64,000 nt of DNA from positions 43,323-107,322 of the forward strand of contig JAUNHV010000005.1 of NCBI GenBank assembly GCA_030523725.1, written 5' to 3'. The notes under the pieces were generated by a model. The model did not search any database, was not told where the DNA came from, and saw only the letters and a list, made by a program, of their open reading frames with translations. Below are positions 55,355 to 64,000 of the stretch, in pieces (position 1 is the first letter of the stretch; every line of letters begins with the position of its first letter). The translations under genes were made by a program, and so were the position numbers. This DNA is from Synergistaceae bacterium (GTDB lineage: Bacteria > Synergistota > Synergistia > Synergistales > Synergistaceae).

Positions 55355-56605
55355 TTATAGCAACCCTTGATTAAGCAGAAATTGCTTAATGCCTACAATT
55401 ATGATTCCATCCTCGGTTCTGCGTGGTTTTTTGTCCTCTCGCACCACGATTATTTTTGTAAACGAATCAAGAATGTTGTGCAGAGATTTTTCTTCCTGCT
55501 CTTGTTTGTCTTGTGTGCCGATTGTGAAGGCAGATTGAATGTAATATTTCTGGTTGCCTTTTGTTGCAACAAAATCTACTTCGTAATTTCTCTTTGTTTT
55601 TTGACCACTTTTTTCATCACGCCCATAAAGCTGAATTATTCCTACATCAACGTGAAACCCACGGTAACGCAGCTCATTATAAATAATATTTTCCATTATG
55701 TGATTTTCTTCTGTTTGACGAAAGTTGAGTCTTGCATTGCGAAGCCCCACATCTTCAAAATAATATTTTACAGGAGAACCAATATATTTTTTCCCCTTAA
55801 TGTCAAAACGAATAGCCTTGCTCACGATAAAGGCATCACAAAGATATTCAAGATATTTTGTAATTGTTACATCGCTTATTGTTTTATTTTTTCTGCTTTT
55901 AAAGGTTTTTGAAAGTTTTACGGGATTAGTAAGGGAACCGACGGCAGATGCCAAGAAGTCTATTAACTCATTAAATTCTGCAACATTACGAATATAATGC
56001 CGCTCCATTATATCAGTGAGGTAGAGTTCCTTAAAAAGCATTAAGAGGTATTCTTCCTTTTCCTCTGGTAACTCTTTTGTAAGGACAAGGGGCAGTCCAC
56101 CATAGTAAAAATAATCATTCCAAGCCTCACCTATATCACCACCATATGCAGTTACAAATTCGCTAAATGAAAGGGGCAACATGTGAATTTCGTCACCCCT
56201 GCCACGAAATTCCGTAACAACATCACTGGATAGAAATTTAGAGTTACTCCCAGTGACATAAACGTCTACATTGCTTATGTGTAAAAAACCGTTGAGCACA
56301 TCAACAAAATTCTCAAGCAACTGAACCTCATCCAAAATTACATAATAAGGCTCGTTGTCAACAATTTGCTTTTCCACATATTCAAACATAGTTTTTGCTT
56401 GGCGTAAATCGCTGTATTTGATGTCGTCAAGTGCAACTTCAATAATGTGATCCTGTTTTACACCCTTGTCTAACAAATATTGATGAAACAGTGTGAAAAG
56501 AAGATATGACTTTCCGCACCTGCGAAGCCCAGTAACAATTTTTATCAAGCCGTTATGTTGACGGCGGATAAGTTTATTCAGATACACGTCACGTTTTATT
56601 TGCAT
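55355..56605 (-). CDS. AAA-family ATPase with DUF4143-type C-terminal region
   Basis: Walker A is TGLRRCGKSYLL and Walker B-like is VILDEVQ. The 416-aa length and layout fit the AAA_14/DUF4143 family. Confidence 0.7.
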   Translation of the reverse strand: MQIKRDVYLNKLIRRQHNGLIKIVTGLRRCGKSYLLFTLFHQYLLDKGVKQDHIIEVALDDIKYSDLRQAKTMFEYVEKQIVDNEPYYVILDEVQLLENFVDVLNGFLHISNVDVYVTGSNSKFLSSDVVTEFRGRGDEIHMLPLSFSEFVTAYGGDIGEAWNDYFYYGGLPLVLTKELPEEKEEYLLMLFKELYLTDIMERHYIRNVAEFNELIDFLASAVGSLTNPVKLSKTFKSRKNKTISDVTITKYLEYLCDAFIVSKAIRFDIKGKKYIGSPVKYYFEDVGLRNARLNFRQTEENHIMENIIYNELRYRGFHVDVGIIQLYGRDEKSGQKTKRNYEVDFVATKGNQKYYIQSAFTIGTQDKQEQEEKSLHNILDSFTKIIVVREDKKPRRTEDGIIIVGIKQFLLNQGLL

Positions 56606-56676
56606 GTCTGTTCCTCTTTTGTATGTTATATAAATTTTGGTTAAAATTTTATCTCAACCAAGTAAAAAAAACAATA

Positions 56677-56722
56677 TGCAATTAAGAAAAAAGGTGGCAA
56701 GGAACCTTTTTTCTTAATTGCA
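56677..56722. terminator. Perfect 19-bp-stem hairpin between the two ATPase genes
   Basis: TGCAATTAAGAAAAAAGGT-ggcaagga-ACCTTTTTTCTTAATTGCA. The stems are A/T-rich, so it could act in either direction. Confidence 0.5.
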
Positions 56723-56815
56723 TAAAAATTTTATAAAACCATTTTTAGCCATTTGCGCTCGATTTTGCTTCATTCTGACTTGACTGACATAATGTTCCAA
56801 AAACAAAATCTACGA

Positions 56816-58039
56816 TTAAATTATCCATACTGGGACGATAAAATTGTCTTGGTCTATTGCAGACAATTTGGGCTTCATACAGACAACAGCTCCTTTTGAG
56901 GTGGGCGTGGATGATTTGTTAAGTAACTCAAATACTTTAGTAAGCTCGGAACTTGGATTTGACGATTTTTTTATTTCAATCGGATTAAGCACACCATCAT
57001 GCTCCAATACAATATCTATTTCCTTGGCATCCTTATTGCGGAAGTAATACATGTATGGCTCTTTGCCGCAATTTAGGTAGGATTTCATTATTTCTGAAAC
57101 AACGTAGTTTTCTAAAATTGCTCCATTCATAGCTCCACTTTCTAGTGTTTCTGCATTGCTCCATTTTGTTAAATAACAAACTAACCCTGTGTCATAAAAA
57201 TATAGCTTTGGAGTCTTTACCAAGCGTTTTAACATATTATTAGAATATGGGTGCAGATAGAAAATAATTCCCAGTGTTTCAAGAATTCCTAACCAACTTT
57301 TTGTTTGGGTTTGGTTAATATCTGCATCTCTTGCTATATCTGCTACATTTAACATTTGACCACACCTTGCAGCAACTGCAGTAATAAAATGCAGAAACTT
57401 TAGAGAATTGATTGCGTCTGACAATTCTTTTACATCTCTTTCAACGTAGGTAGATAAATAGCTGCTGTAAAATATTTGGCTATTGCTATACTGACCGCTG
57501 ATGATGGCAGGCATAGAGCCTTTAAAAATTCTTTCAAAAATACCTCTTGTATCAGCTTTTGTTCTTGCTTTAGATCTTGCAGATAGACTTTGCAAATCAA
57601 CGACAAAAGGCGCTGTTTCTTCCCTAAATATCTCTCTCTGTGAAAGAGAAGTTAGCGACAATACAGCTACTCGTCCTGCTAAAGATTCCTGCACGCCCTT
57701 CATCAACTTAAAAACCTGAGAGCTAGTTAGCCAGAAATCTCCCGGAGTGTGATGTTTGTCCACATGAAGCTTAATATAAGAAAAAAGTTCAGGTGCGTAT
57801 TGCACCTCATCAATAAGGACAGGTGCTTTATGTAGTTGTAAAAAAATTTCTGGGTCTGTTTTAGCAAGATTTCTTTCATTCAAATCGTCCAGCGAAACGT
57901 AGCTTCTGTCAGTCCCCTCCATAAGTTTTTGAAGCATTGTTGTTTTGCCAACTTGTCGTGACCCAGTTACAAGCACTACGGGGTATTCGTTAGTTACCTG
58001 CAAAACAATTTTTTCCAAAGCTCTCGGTATATAATTCAT
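56816..58039 (-). CDS. AAA-family ATPase with DUF4143-type C-terminal region (paralogue)
   Basis: I place the start at MNYIPRALEKIV (ATG at 58039). Walker A is TGSRQVGKTTML and Walker B-like is VLIDEVQ. Confidence 0.7.
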   Translation of the reverse strand: MNYIPRALEKIVLQVTNEYPVVLVTGSRQVGKTTMLQKLMEGTDRSYVSLDDLNERNLAKTDPEIFLQLHKAPVLIDEVQYAPELFSYIKLHVDKHHTPGDFWLTSSQVFKLMKGVQESLAGRVAVLSLTSLSQREIFREETAPFVVDLQSLSARSKARTKADTRGIFERIFKGSMPAIISGQYSNSQIFYSSYLSTYVERDVKELSDAINSLKFLHFITAVAARCGQMLNVADIARDADINQTQTKSWLGILETLGIIFYLHPYSNNMLKRLVKTPKLYFYDTGLVCYLTKWSNAETLESGAMNGAILENYVVSEIMKSYLNCGKEPYMYYFRNKDAKEIDIVLEHDGVLNPIEIKKSSNPSSELTKVFELLNKSSTPTSKGAVVCMKPKLSAIDQDNFIVPVWII

Positions 58040-58268
58040 ACAATTAATCCTTTCGGCTGATTTGCATTTTTGTTGTATTATAGCCGAAGACAAAAGAATG
58101 TCAATGTAAAAATTTGATTGCTGCCTATGTAACCTAAATGTCACATAGACAAAATGCAAAAGTCAGTATTATCAAGGGAATTTTGGGCAAAAATCGCAGA
58201 AATTTTTGAGAAAAATCGATAGATTAGAGGATTCAGGGCTCTACTCATAAACCAGCAAATAGAGCAAA

Positions 58269-58301
58269 AGAGCGTGCACGAAATTACTTCGTGCACGCTC
58301 T
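58269..58301 (-). terminator. Terminator downstream of the autotransporter gene
   Basis: AGAGCGTGCACGAA-attac-TTCGTGCACGCTCT forms a 14-bp stem. T-rich runs flank both sides (TTTTGCTCT on the minus strand, CTTTTTTTT on the plus strand). Confidence 0.6.
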
Positions 58302-58321
58302 CTTTTTTTAATTTGTAACCT

Positions 58322-61300
58322 TTACTGGTTATTGTCTATTGCTTCTTGTGGCTTTTTTTGCTTTTGTTCAGCTTCCTGTTTTTGTTCTTCTTGCTTCTCT
58401 TGCTTCTTTTTCTTTCCAAATTCATACCACATGCTTAAGTTCACTCCAAAGCTATTGCGGCTGCCTGCATGGCCGTTAATTGTAAATTCACCCTTCCATG
58501 GACTATTTGCCCTCTGGAATTTGGCACCAAGTTCTGCCATTCCGCTTCCGCCCTTCATCTCTGGCTCTGGAAGTGCATATTCCTCAAAAAGTCCGTGTGC
58601 ACGACCGTCAAACTCGTGCTCGTAAGCAAGTCCTCCGAAGAACACAAAGCCGTGTTCATCTTCCTTGCCAAAGTAACGGAATCCAATCCGCGCTCTGTGG
58701 CTGTTCACTCCATCAAGGCTAATTGTTTCCTCGTCTATTACTGTGCGGTTTGTGCTGCACTGTCTGCTCCATAGATATTTTACATAGGTGTCTATCTTGT
58801 TACCACTCTTCATGTTCCATTTGTAGCCAAATCCTGCGTGGGCTCCAAGATATGCTCCACCAAGGTCAAAGTTAACAGACGGAATTTCTGGATCAAAGTT
58901 GGTACTGTTGTATTTGCTGTTTATACGTCCTGCTCTAACGCTCACTTCGCTGTGTAGCTGTCCTGTCTCTGTCGCCTTGCCTGTTATCTTGGCAAACAAA
59001 CCACCGCCAAAGTAGTTTATATCTCCCTTGGATGAAACTCTGCTCGCCACATCCTCGTCCATGAACTCATGGCTTGTGTCGTAGCGACCATTTCCACCTT
59101 CTGCAAAAACTCCAAGTGTGAGATTGTCAAACACTACCTTTGAAAGTCCTGCTGCCACGCTAAACATATTCAAGGTTACATTGCTGCTTACTTCGTCATA
59201 GCGGCTGTTACTTCCTCTCATCGCTGCAAATGTTTCCCATCCTCTGTCTTGTGGCGTTGCATTGTCCATCACAGATGACGATATAAGGTCTCCAGCATCA
59301 TTTAATGCAGATGTCAGAGCATACTTGGATTGAGTAAATGATTTTGTCTGTGGCGTTGCTTCTTGTGCAAGATAACCAAGCATCAAAGCATATTTTGTTT
59401 CTTTTTTGTTTCCATTTCCCAATACGTCTGAACCAAGGAGTGCCTCATTCACACTGCTGGCCAATGTGTCTTTTTTGAGCACTGGCTCTATCGACACCTT
59501 GTAAACAAATTTCTTTACTCCCTTGCTCGTCTTTACCCTCTGTTTGCCAAGATAGCTATTATTCTTGACATTGGAAATAAGGGTCATGGTTTCGCCTTTT
59601 CTGAGCCTATCGTATTTCTTATGTGTTTGAATCAGCGTTATTGGTTCTTTTGCTCCACGGAGAGTTTTAAGATTTACTGGCTCTGCACCGTCTGAGTCTA
59701 TAAAGACATAGCCTTTTCTCTTTTTGATTCCTAATTCAGGGTCATCATCAAGGTTAAAGATGAGAGCTCCCTTTGGTGTAAAGGTGCCGCTAGTAATCGT
59801 TGTATGACCATCCACCATATAATTACCCTTTAGCGTTATATCACCAGAAAGCTCGTTGTTTAGGTCTGATGTAATAAGCCTTCCATCTATGTTTATTGTT
59901 CCACCATTTAACCCTGCGTTATTCAGTATCACGTCTCCTGCGATTGTGCCCGTGTCGTTTACCTTCATTGACATATTAGCGAGCCCCATGTTGCCGTTAT
60001 TGTTAAGCATATTAGTTTCTAATATAGATGTTTCAAGCCCATTACCACTGATAATGCTACCATCTGCTATCTCTGTTTTACCATCTGTCTTAAGCGTAAT
60101 ATCTTCCAGCTTTAAAGTATCAGCTATGTTTAGGTTATTTGTGGTTTCTATTGGCTTGTTTGCTGTATGACCCTTCATTGTTACTCTTGCAAGTGAAAGA
60201 TCTCCTTCTATACGCCCGCTTTCATCTATCTGAAGCGTTATGTCACTCACATTGACATCACCGGAAGCTGTAAGGTTCTTGCTGTGTATTAGCGCATTAT
60301 TTTCTCCATTACCAATTAAATTGCTTCCGCCTTCCAATGACAGTCCATTCGCTGATTCAAAGGCAATGTCTCCTACTAACACATCTCCTTTAATCTTTAG
60401 GTTATTTACAACTTCTTTTGTATTAGATACGCCATTACCCACTACGACGATGTCTTCAAGTAAAAGGTCACCGACAAAGGTTCCGCCTGCACCATAAACA
60501 TTCACTATCATATCCTTTAATGATGCGTTACCAGATCCTCCAAGTGTTCCTGTGTTCAACACTGTCTTGTCAACTCCATTACCGGTTACGCTTCCATTCG
60601 CATCTATTGTTGTATCTCCAGCTGGCACTTCACCTACCTTGCCAGATGTTAGCATTATATCCTGCAGCTTCACATCTCCTGCAAAGGCAAGGCCTCCTGC
60701 CACTATGTCCGTTAAATTAACTCCTTTTCCGGTTAGTGTCGTGTTTTCAATTCTTAGGACTCCATCCACTAAGCCCTCCACTGCAGCAGGATCTGCACCT
60801 GTTAAGTTTACTATCATTCCACTAATAGTAAGGTCGCCTTTTCCAGTAAGAGTTTCCGTATTTAGTGTTGACTTGTCTTTCTTACCAGTTATCTTTCCTC
60901 CAGCTGCTATTTCCGTATTTTTTGTTACATCTACCTTGGCATCTTCTCCAACTTCGAGCGTAGACTTAGTTATTTTTAGATTGTTAATACCATCTATCGT
61001 TGTATCATTTGCTACTACGATATTACCCTGTGTCAAATCCGTATTATTAAAGTTTGTGTCAACCTGCACGTTTAATGTGCCATTGCCGGTTACACCCTTG
61101 TCAAATACCGTTGTCTTTATGATATCCATCCTACCATTGTTTACAACGTCATGATGACCTTCGTCTGTATTAGTAAATGTTACTCCATCTAGGATAACGG
61201 TGCCTGAGTTTTTAAGCACATCTCCTGTCCAACCACTCAATTCTTTAATATTCTGCAAGGTAAGCACGTCTTCTGGGTTTGTTACTTCGAAGAATTCATG

Positions 61301-64000
61301 ACCGTCTCCATAAAAACCATGACCGTTACCATATATCGTTAGTTCTCTTGCCACTGGTGGATCCTCGTGGTGCTTTATCTCTCCTAAATCTGTATCAGAA
61401 TGATAATCGTCAACTATACCAAAGGTCTTTGCTCTTCCTGCGTATTGGCTTGGATCGTCTTCATCCGGGTTGTCCTGTATTATATCTTTTAGTGAATACG
61501 CATTCTGCTTGTGGATATCCATGTAACCACACAGTATGTTTTGACTTGCGTCGTATGCCTGAGAGAATTCATACATATAGCCACTAGAACTTACCGCAAG
61601 GCTGCTTCCTACTATCTCCATGGTAGAAGAACTTGGATTTGTAAGATATTGCACCTGCACATGTGAACCTGGCGTTTCGTTATCCTCTGTATCAATTTTA
61701 ACATTTCCAAGTTTAAGTTTACCGCTCGTAGCGTCTGCTACAACTATTTTTTCCACCCATGCATCAGTAATGACAGTACCAGCTGTAAAATTGTATTTTG
61801 CGTTGTTTGAGACAAGGGTTGCTATACCAGCACCCCCCTCAAGACCAGCGAGGTTTGCCGTCATGAATTTTACATCGTCGTTAAGAATAACATTTCCATC
61901 AGTAATTACGCCATTTGCTCCAAACTCCGTACCACTCTCAAGCGTCGTTGTTCCAGCGCCGCTTATCGTGGCATTAACCTCTACTCCGCTTCTTGCTATC
62001 ACACTACCTGTGCCTGTAGTTACTATATTTTTACTAAGAGTGCTTAAGCCTACTTCTTTTTCCGTATCTTTTATGAGATCTACTGTACCATTGTTTTCTG
62101 TTACAGCACTCATAACGTTATCTGCCTTTATCTTAAGCGTCTTAGTTGTCGCAACTGTTAAGGCTTCTTTGGCTGTTAGATCATTATTCATATCCAGGTC
62201 TGTATTTACGTTGACCGTTTTCTGATTAATCGCTTGTGCTGCTGTTATTTTATTTGATCCACCAAACACTAGCGTTCCTTCGCTTCCATTGCCAGCACTG
62301 TCCTTCACAGCCTCCTGCAGTGTGTTAGTCGATGCAGTCGCCAACAGGGTAAGCTTTCCGTCATTAATAATGGTTCCCTTACCATCGCTTCCTATCATAA
62401 GGTTATTCACTCCACTGGTAAGGTCTCCCGCCGCCTTGTCTATCGTGAGTGCGCTCTGCGTTACGGTCTTGTCATTATCATTTGTAACTGTGCCGACTAT
62501 TTTTGTCTTACCACCACCGGCTATGTTGTCCTGAATTACACCATCGTTCAATGTAAGCTCATTTGAACCAGCGTTTGTTATACCATTCACGGAAGCAAGG
62601 TCACTCGCATTTGCTGTTAGGTTACCAGAGGTCTCTATTGCGCCTCCAGATATCGTGTAGCCATCTGCCAATGTTCCTGCTCTAAGGGTAACCTTGCCTG
62701 TGCCTGCTGCGTTCACGCTACTCTTGAGGTTATCTGCAACTATTGTTAGAGTTTTACCCGTAGCAAGACTTGTTCCTGCCTTTGTAGCAAGGTCTGCCTG
62801 CATTTCGAGGTTTGTGTTAACAGTAACAACATTCTGTGTAATAGCCGCATTGGCAATAACGTCTTTATCTCCGACAAATTTAAGAGTTCCTGCGCTTCCA
62901 TCACCAGCGCTATCCACCACAATTTCTTTAAATGTAGCTGTGTCACCCTCTGCTTCGTCACCGGAAAGGGTAATTGTACCGTCATTTACGATTTTTGCGG
63001 TTGTTCCATCAAATATTACAAGATTATCTATTTCACTTGTAAGGCTACCTGTGTTGGTTAGGTTAGAAGCTGTTATCATTGCATTATTTGTAACTGCGCC
63101 AGCGTTAGTTATAGTCGTTGCAGTTATTGCAGCAGCGTTTGTAAGGCTTGCTGCAGCATCTACTGTTACATTTTTCTGGTCTATTGTGGCATTGTTTGTT
63201 ATGCCTGAGCCCTTGAAATAAAAATCTCCTGCTCCTGTTACTGTGTTAGCAGCAGTAAGGCTTATTAAACTGTTAAATGTGCCCTCGTTTGCTATCTTGC
63301 CACTTATTGAACCACTATTTGAATTAAACGTTCCACTGTTGCTTATATCGCCGGTTATGGTTCCTGTGTTGGTAGCTGTTCCAGCATTTGTAAAGCCTGT
63401 TGTAGCAGTAGTAAGCTTAATAGTTCCAGCATTTGTAAAGGTTTTGCCGGACTTGTTGGTTACATCTCCATCTATACTTGCACCTGCTACATTTTCGAAA
63501 GTTCCGTCATTGCTCACAAAGCCATTTATACTCGCACTATTGGTAAATGTTCCCTCGTTTGTAACATTACCGGTTATAGTACCAACCTTGCTTCCTTCTT
63601 TATTATTATTAAATTCTGAAGTGCTACCACTATTGGTTACATTTGCTGTGATATTTCCAGTGTTGGTTAATGTTCCAGTATTGGTTAAATCTGTTGCTGC
63701 TATCGTTGCACTATTCTTGAGGTTAGCTTCGTTAGTTACGGTCTTCTGCGTCATATTAGCAGCGTTTGTAAGTTCTTCATTTCCAAGGAAATTGAATGTC
63801 CCTTGTGGTGTTTCAGAGTCTGTTACCGTGTTTCCTGCACCAAGGCCTATATAGCTGTTAAACTCACTTGTATTCTTTATCGTGGTCGTTGCGCTTAACG
63901 TGCTTCCTGCCTTGGCTGTAAACTTTCCAGCATTGTCAATGCTTCCGGATATATTTCCACCCTCATCATTAACAAATTCTTTTGTGTTGCTCACTGCTGC
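58322..64000 (-). CDS. Giant type Va autotransporter / adhesin-like protein (N-terminus outside the window)
   Basis: More than 1890 aa are visible. The passenger is Thr/Asn/Gly-rich and repetitive (..TNxGTxTN.. and ..GNG..L.T..L.. periodicity). The C-terminal ~280 aa alternate in the manner of a beta-barrel and end in ...GVNLSMWYEF. The reading frame is still open at 64000. The track 'start' at 63994 is a GTG, and no signal peptide is visible. Confidence 0.8.
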   Translation of the reverse strand, partial: AAVSNTKEFVNDEGGNISGSIDNAGKFTAKAGSTLSATTTIKNTSEFNSYIGLGAGNTVTDSETPQGTFNFLGNEELTNAANMTQKTVTNEANLKNSATIAATDLTNTGTLTNTGNITANVTNSGSTSEFNNNKEGSKVGTITGNVTNEGTFTNSASINGFVSNDGTFENVAGASIDGDVTNKSGKTFTNAGTIKLTTATTGFTNAGTATNTGTITGDISNSGTFNSNSGSISGKIANEGTFNSLISLTAANTVTGAGDFYFKGSGITNNATIDQKNVTVDAAASLTNAAAITATTITNAGAVTNNAMITASNLTNTGSLTSEIDNLVIFDGTTAKIVNDGTITLSGDEAEGDTATFKEIVVDSAGDGSAGTLKFVGDKDVIANAAITQNVVTVNTNLEMQADLATKAGTSLATGKTLTIVADNLKSSVNAAGTGKVTLRAGTLADGYTISGGAIETSGNLTANASDLASVNGITNAGSNELTLNDGVIQDNIAGGGKTKIVGTVTNDNDKTVTQSALTIDKAAGDLTSGVNNLMIGSDGKGTIINDGKLTLLATASTNTLQEAVKDSAGNGSEGTLVFGGSNKITAAQAINQKTVNVNTDLDMNNDLTAKEALTVATTKTLKIKADNVMSAVTENNGTVDLIKDTEKEVGLSTLSKNIVTTGTGSVIARSGVEVNATISGAGTTTLESGTEFGANGVITDGNVILNDDVKFMTANLAGLEGGAGIATLVSNNAKYNFTAGTVITDAWVEKIVVADATSGKLKLGNVKIDTEDNETPGSHVQVQYLTNPSSSTMEIVGSSLAVSSSGYMYEFSQAYDASQNILCGYMDIHKQNAYSLKDIIQDNPDEDDPSQYAGRAKTFGIVDDYHSDTDLGEIKHHEDPPVARELTIYGNGHGFYGDGHEFFEVTNPEDVLTLQNIKELSGWTGDVLKNSGTVILDGVTFTNTDEGHHDVVNNGRMDIIKTTVFDKGVTGNGTLNVQVDTNFNNTDLTQGNIVVANDTTIDGINNLKITKSTLEVGEDAKVDVTKNTEIAAGGKITGKKDKSTLNTETLTGKGDLTISGMIVNLTGADPAAVEGLVDGVLRIENTTLTGKGVNLTDIVAGGLAFAGDVKLQDIMLTSGKVGEVPAGDTTIDANGSVTGNGVDKTVLNTGTLGGSGNASLKDMIVNVYGAGGTFVGDLLLEDIVVVGNGVSNTKEVVNNLKIKGDVLVGDIAFESANGLSLEGGSNLIGNGENNALIHSKNLTASGDVNVSDITLQIDESGRIEGDLSLARVTMKGHTANKPIETTNNLNIADTLKLEDITLKTDGKTEIADGSIISGNGLETSILETNMLNNNGNMGLANMSMKVNDTGTIAGDVILNNAGLNGGTINIDGRLITSDLNNELSGDITLKGNYMVDGHTTITSGTFTPKGALIFNLDDDPELGIKKRKGYVFIDSDGAEPVNLKTLRGAKEPITLIQTHKKYDRLRKGETMTLISNVKNNSYLGKQRVKTSKGVKKFVYKVSIEPVLKKDTLASSVNEALLGSDVLGNGNKKETKYALMLGYLAQEATPQTKSFTQSKYALTSALNDAGDLISSSVMDNATPQDRGWETFAAMRGSNSRYDEVSSNVTLNMFSVAAGLSKVVFDNLTLGVFAEGGNGRYDTSHEFMDEDVASRVSSKGDINYFGGGLFAKITGKATETGQLHSEVSVRAGRINSKYNSTNFDPEIPSVNFDLGGAYLGAHAGFGYKWNMKSGNKIDTYVKYLWSRQCSTNRTVIDEETISLDGVNSHRARIGFRYFGKEDEHGFVFFGGLAYEHEFDGRAHGLFEEYALPEPEMKGGSGMAELGAKFQRANSPWKGEFTINGHAGSRNSFGVNLSMWYEFGKKKKQEKQEEQKQEAEQKQKKPQEAIDNNQ

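Noticed and set aside
59856-63854. Multiple 80-200-aa plus-strand ORFs inside the autotransporter gene (for example 60552..61154, 61620..62225, 63243..63854).
   Set aside because: They are Pro/Val/Ser/Leu-rich shadow frames created by the Thr/Asn/Gly codon bias of the 1890-aa minus-strand gene. They have no start context or motifs.

Overview
This is a 64-kb chromosomal segment with moderate to low GC. It has the Firmicute-type hrcA-grpE-dnaK-dnaJ operon with a perfect CIRCE operator, and also a very large type V autotransporter. From that combination I infer a diderm Firmicute (Negativicutes-like) host. I could not run any database search. Family names come from motifs I read in the translations.

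Gene content from left to right:
- 1-11.2 kb: a defence-type island. It holds a HEPN protein, an M.TaqI-like adenine methyltransferase, and type III mod and res split by a four-helix-bundle gene nested in inverted repeats. A RhuM gene and a Fic gene with a repeat-rich upstream region follow.
- 11.3-19.1 kb: the heat-shock operon, a Cu-type P-type ATPase and tRNA-Pro(TGG).
- 19.3-20.5 kb: a RhuM-Doc fusion next to a decayed hsdM 3' end.
- 20.7-27.3 kb: ilvN-ilvC-ilvB-(acyltransferase)-ilvD, preceded by a promoter, an Ile-rich leader peptide and a terminator (a classical attenuator layout).
- 27.3-36.9 kb: two paralogous membrane metallophosphoesterases, a secreted FAD oxidoreductase, an amino-acid ABC transporter with a circularly permuted binding domain, a DMT transporter and a RelE/Phd pair.
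- 37.0-55.3 kb: the most striking feature, an ~18-kb minus-strand operon. It encodes five paralogous stand-alone A-T-C NRPS-like proteins, a free C domain that looks like an A-T deletion derivative, a carboxy(nor)spermidine-dehydrogenase-like enzyme and a flavodoxin-fold reductase. No TE, PPTase or MbtH is visible. All five A domains lack the alpha-amino-binding Asp. The paralogues are mosaics shaped by gene conversion.
- 55.4-64.0 kb: two DUF4143-type AAA ATPases and a giant autotransporter that is cut by the window edge.
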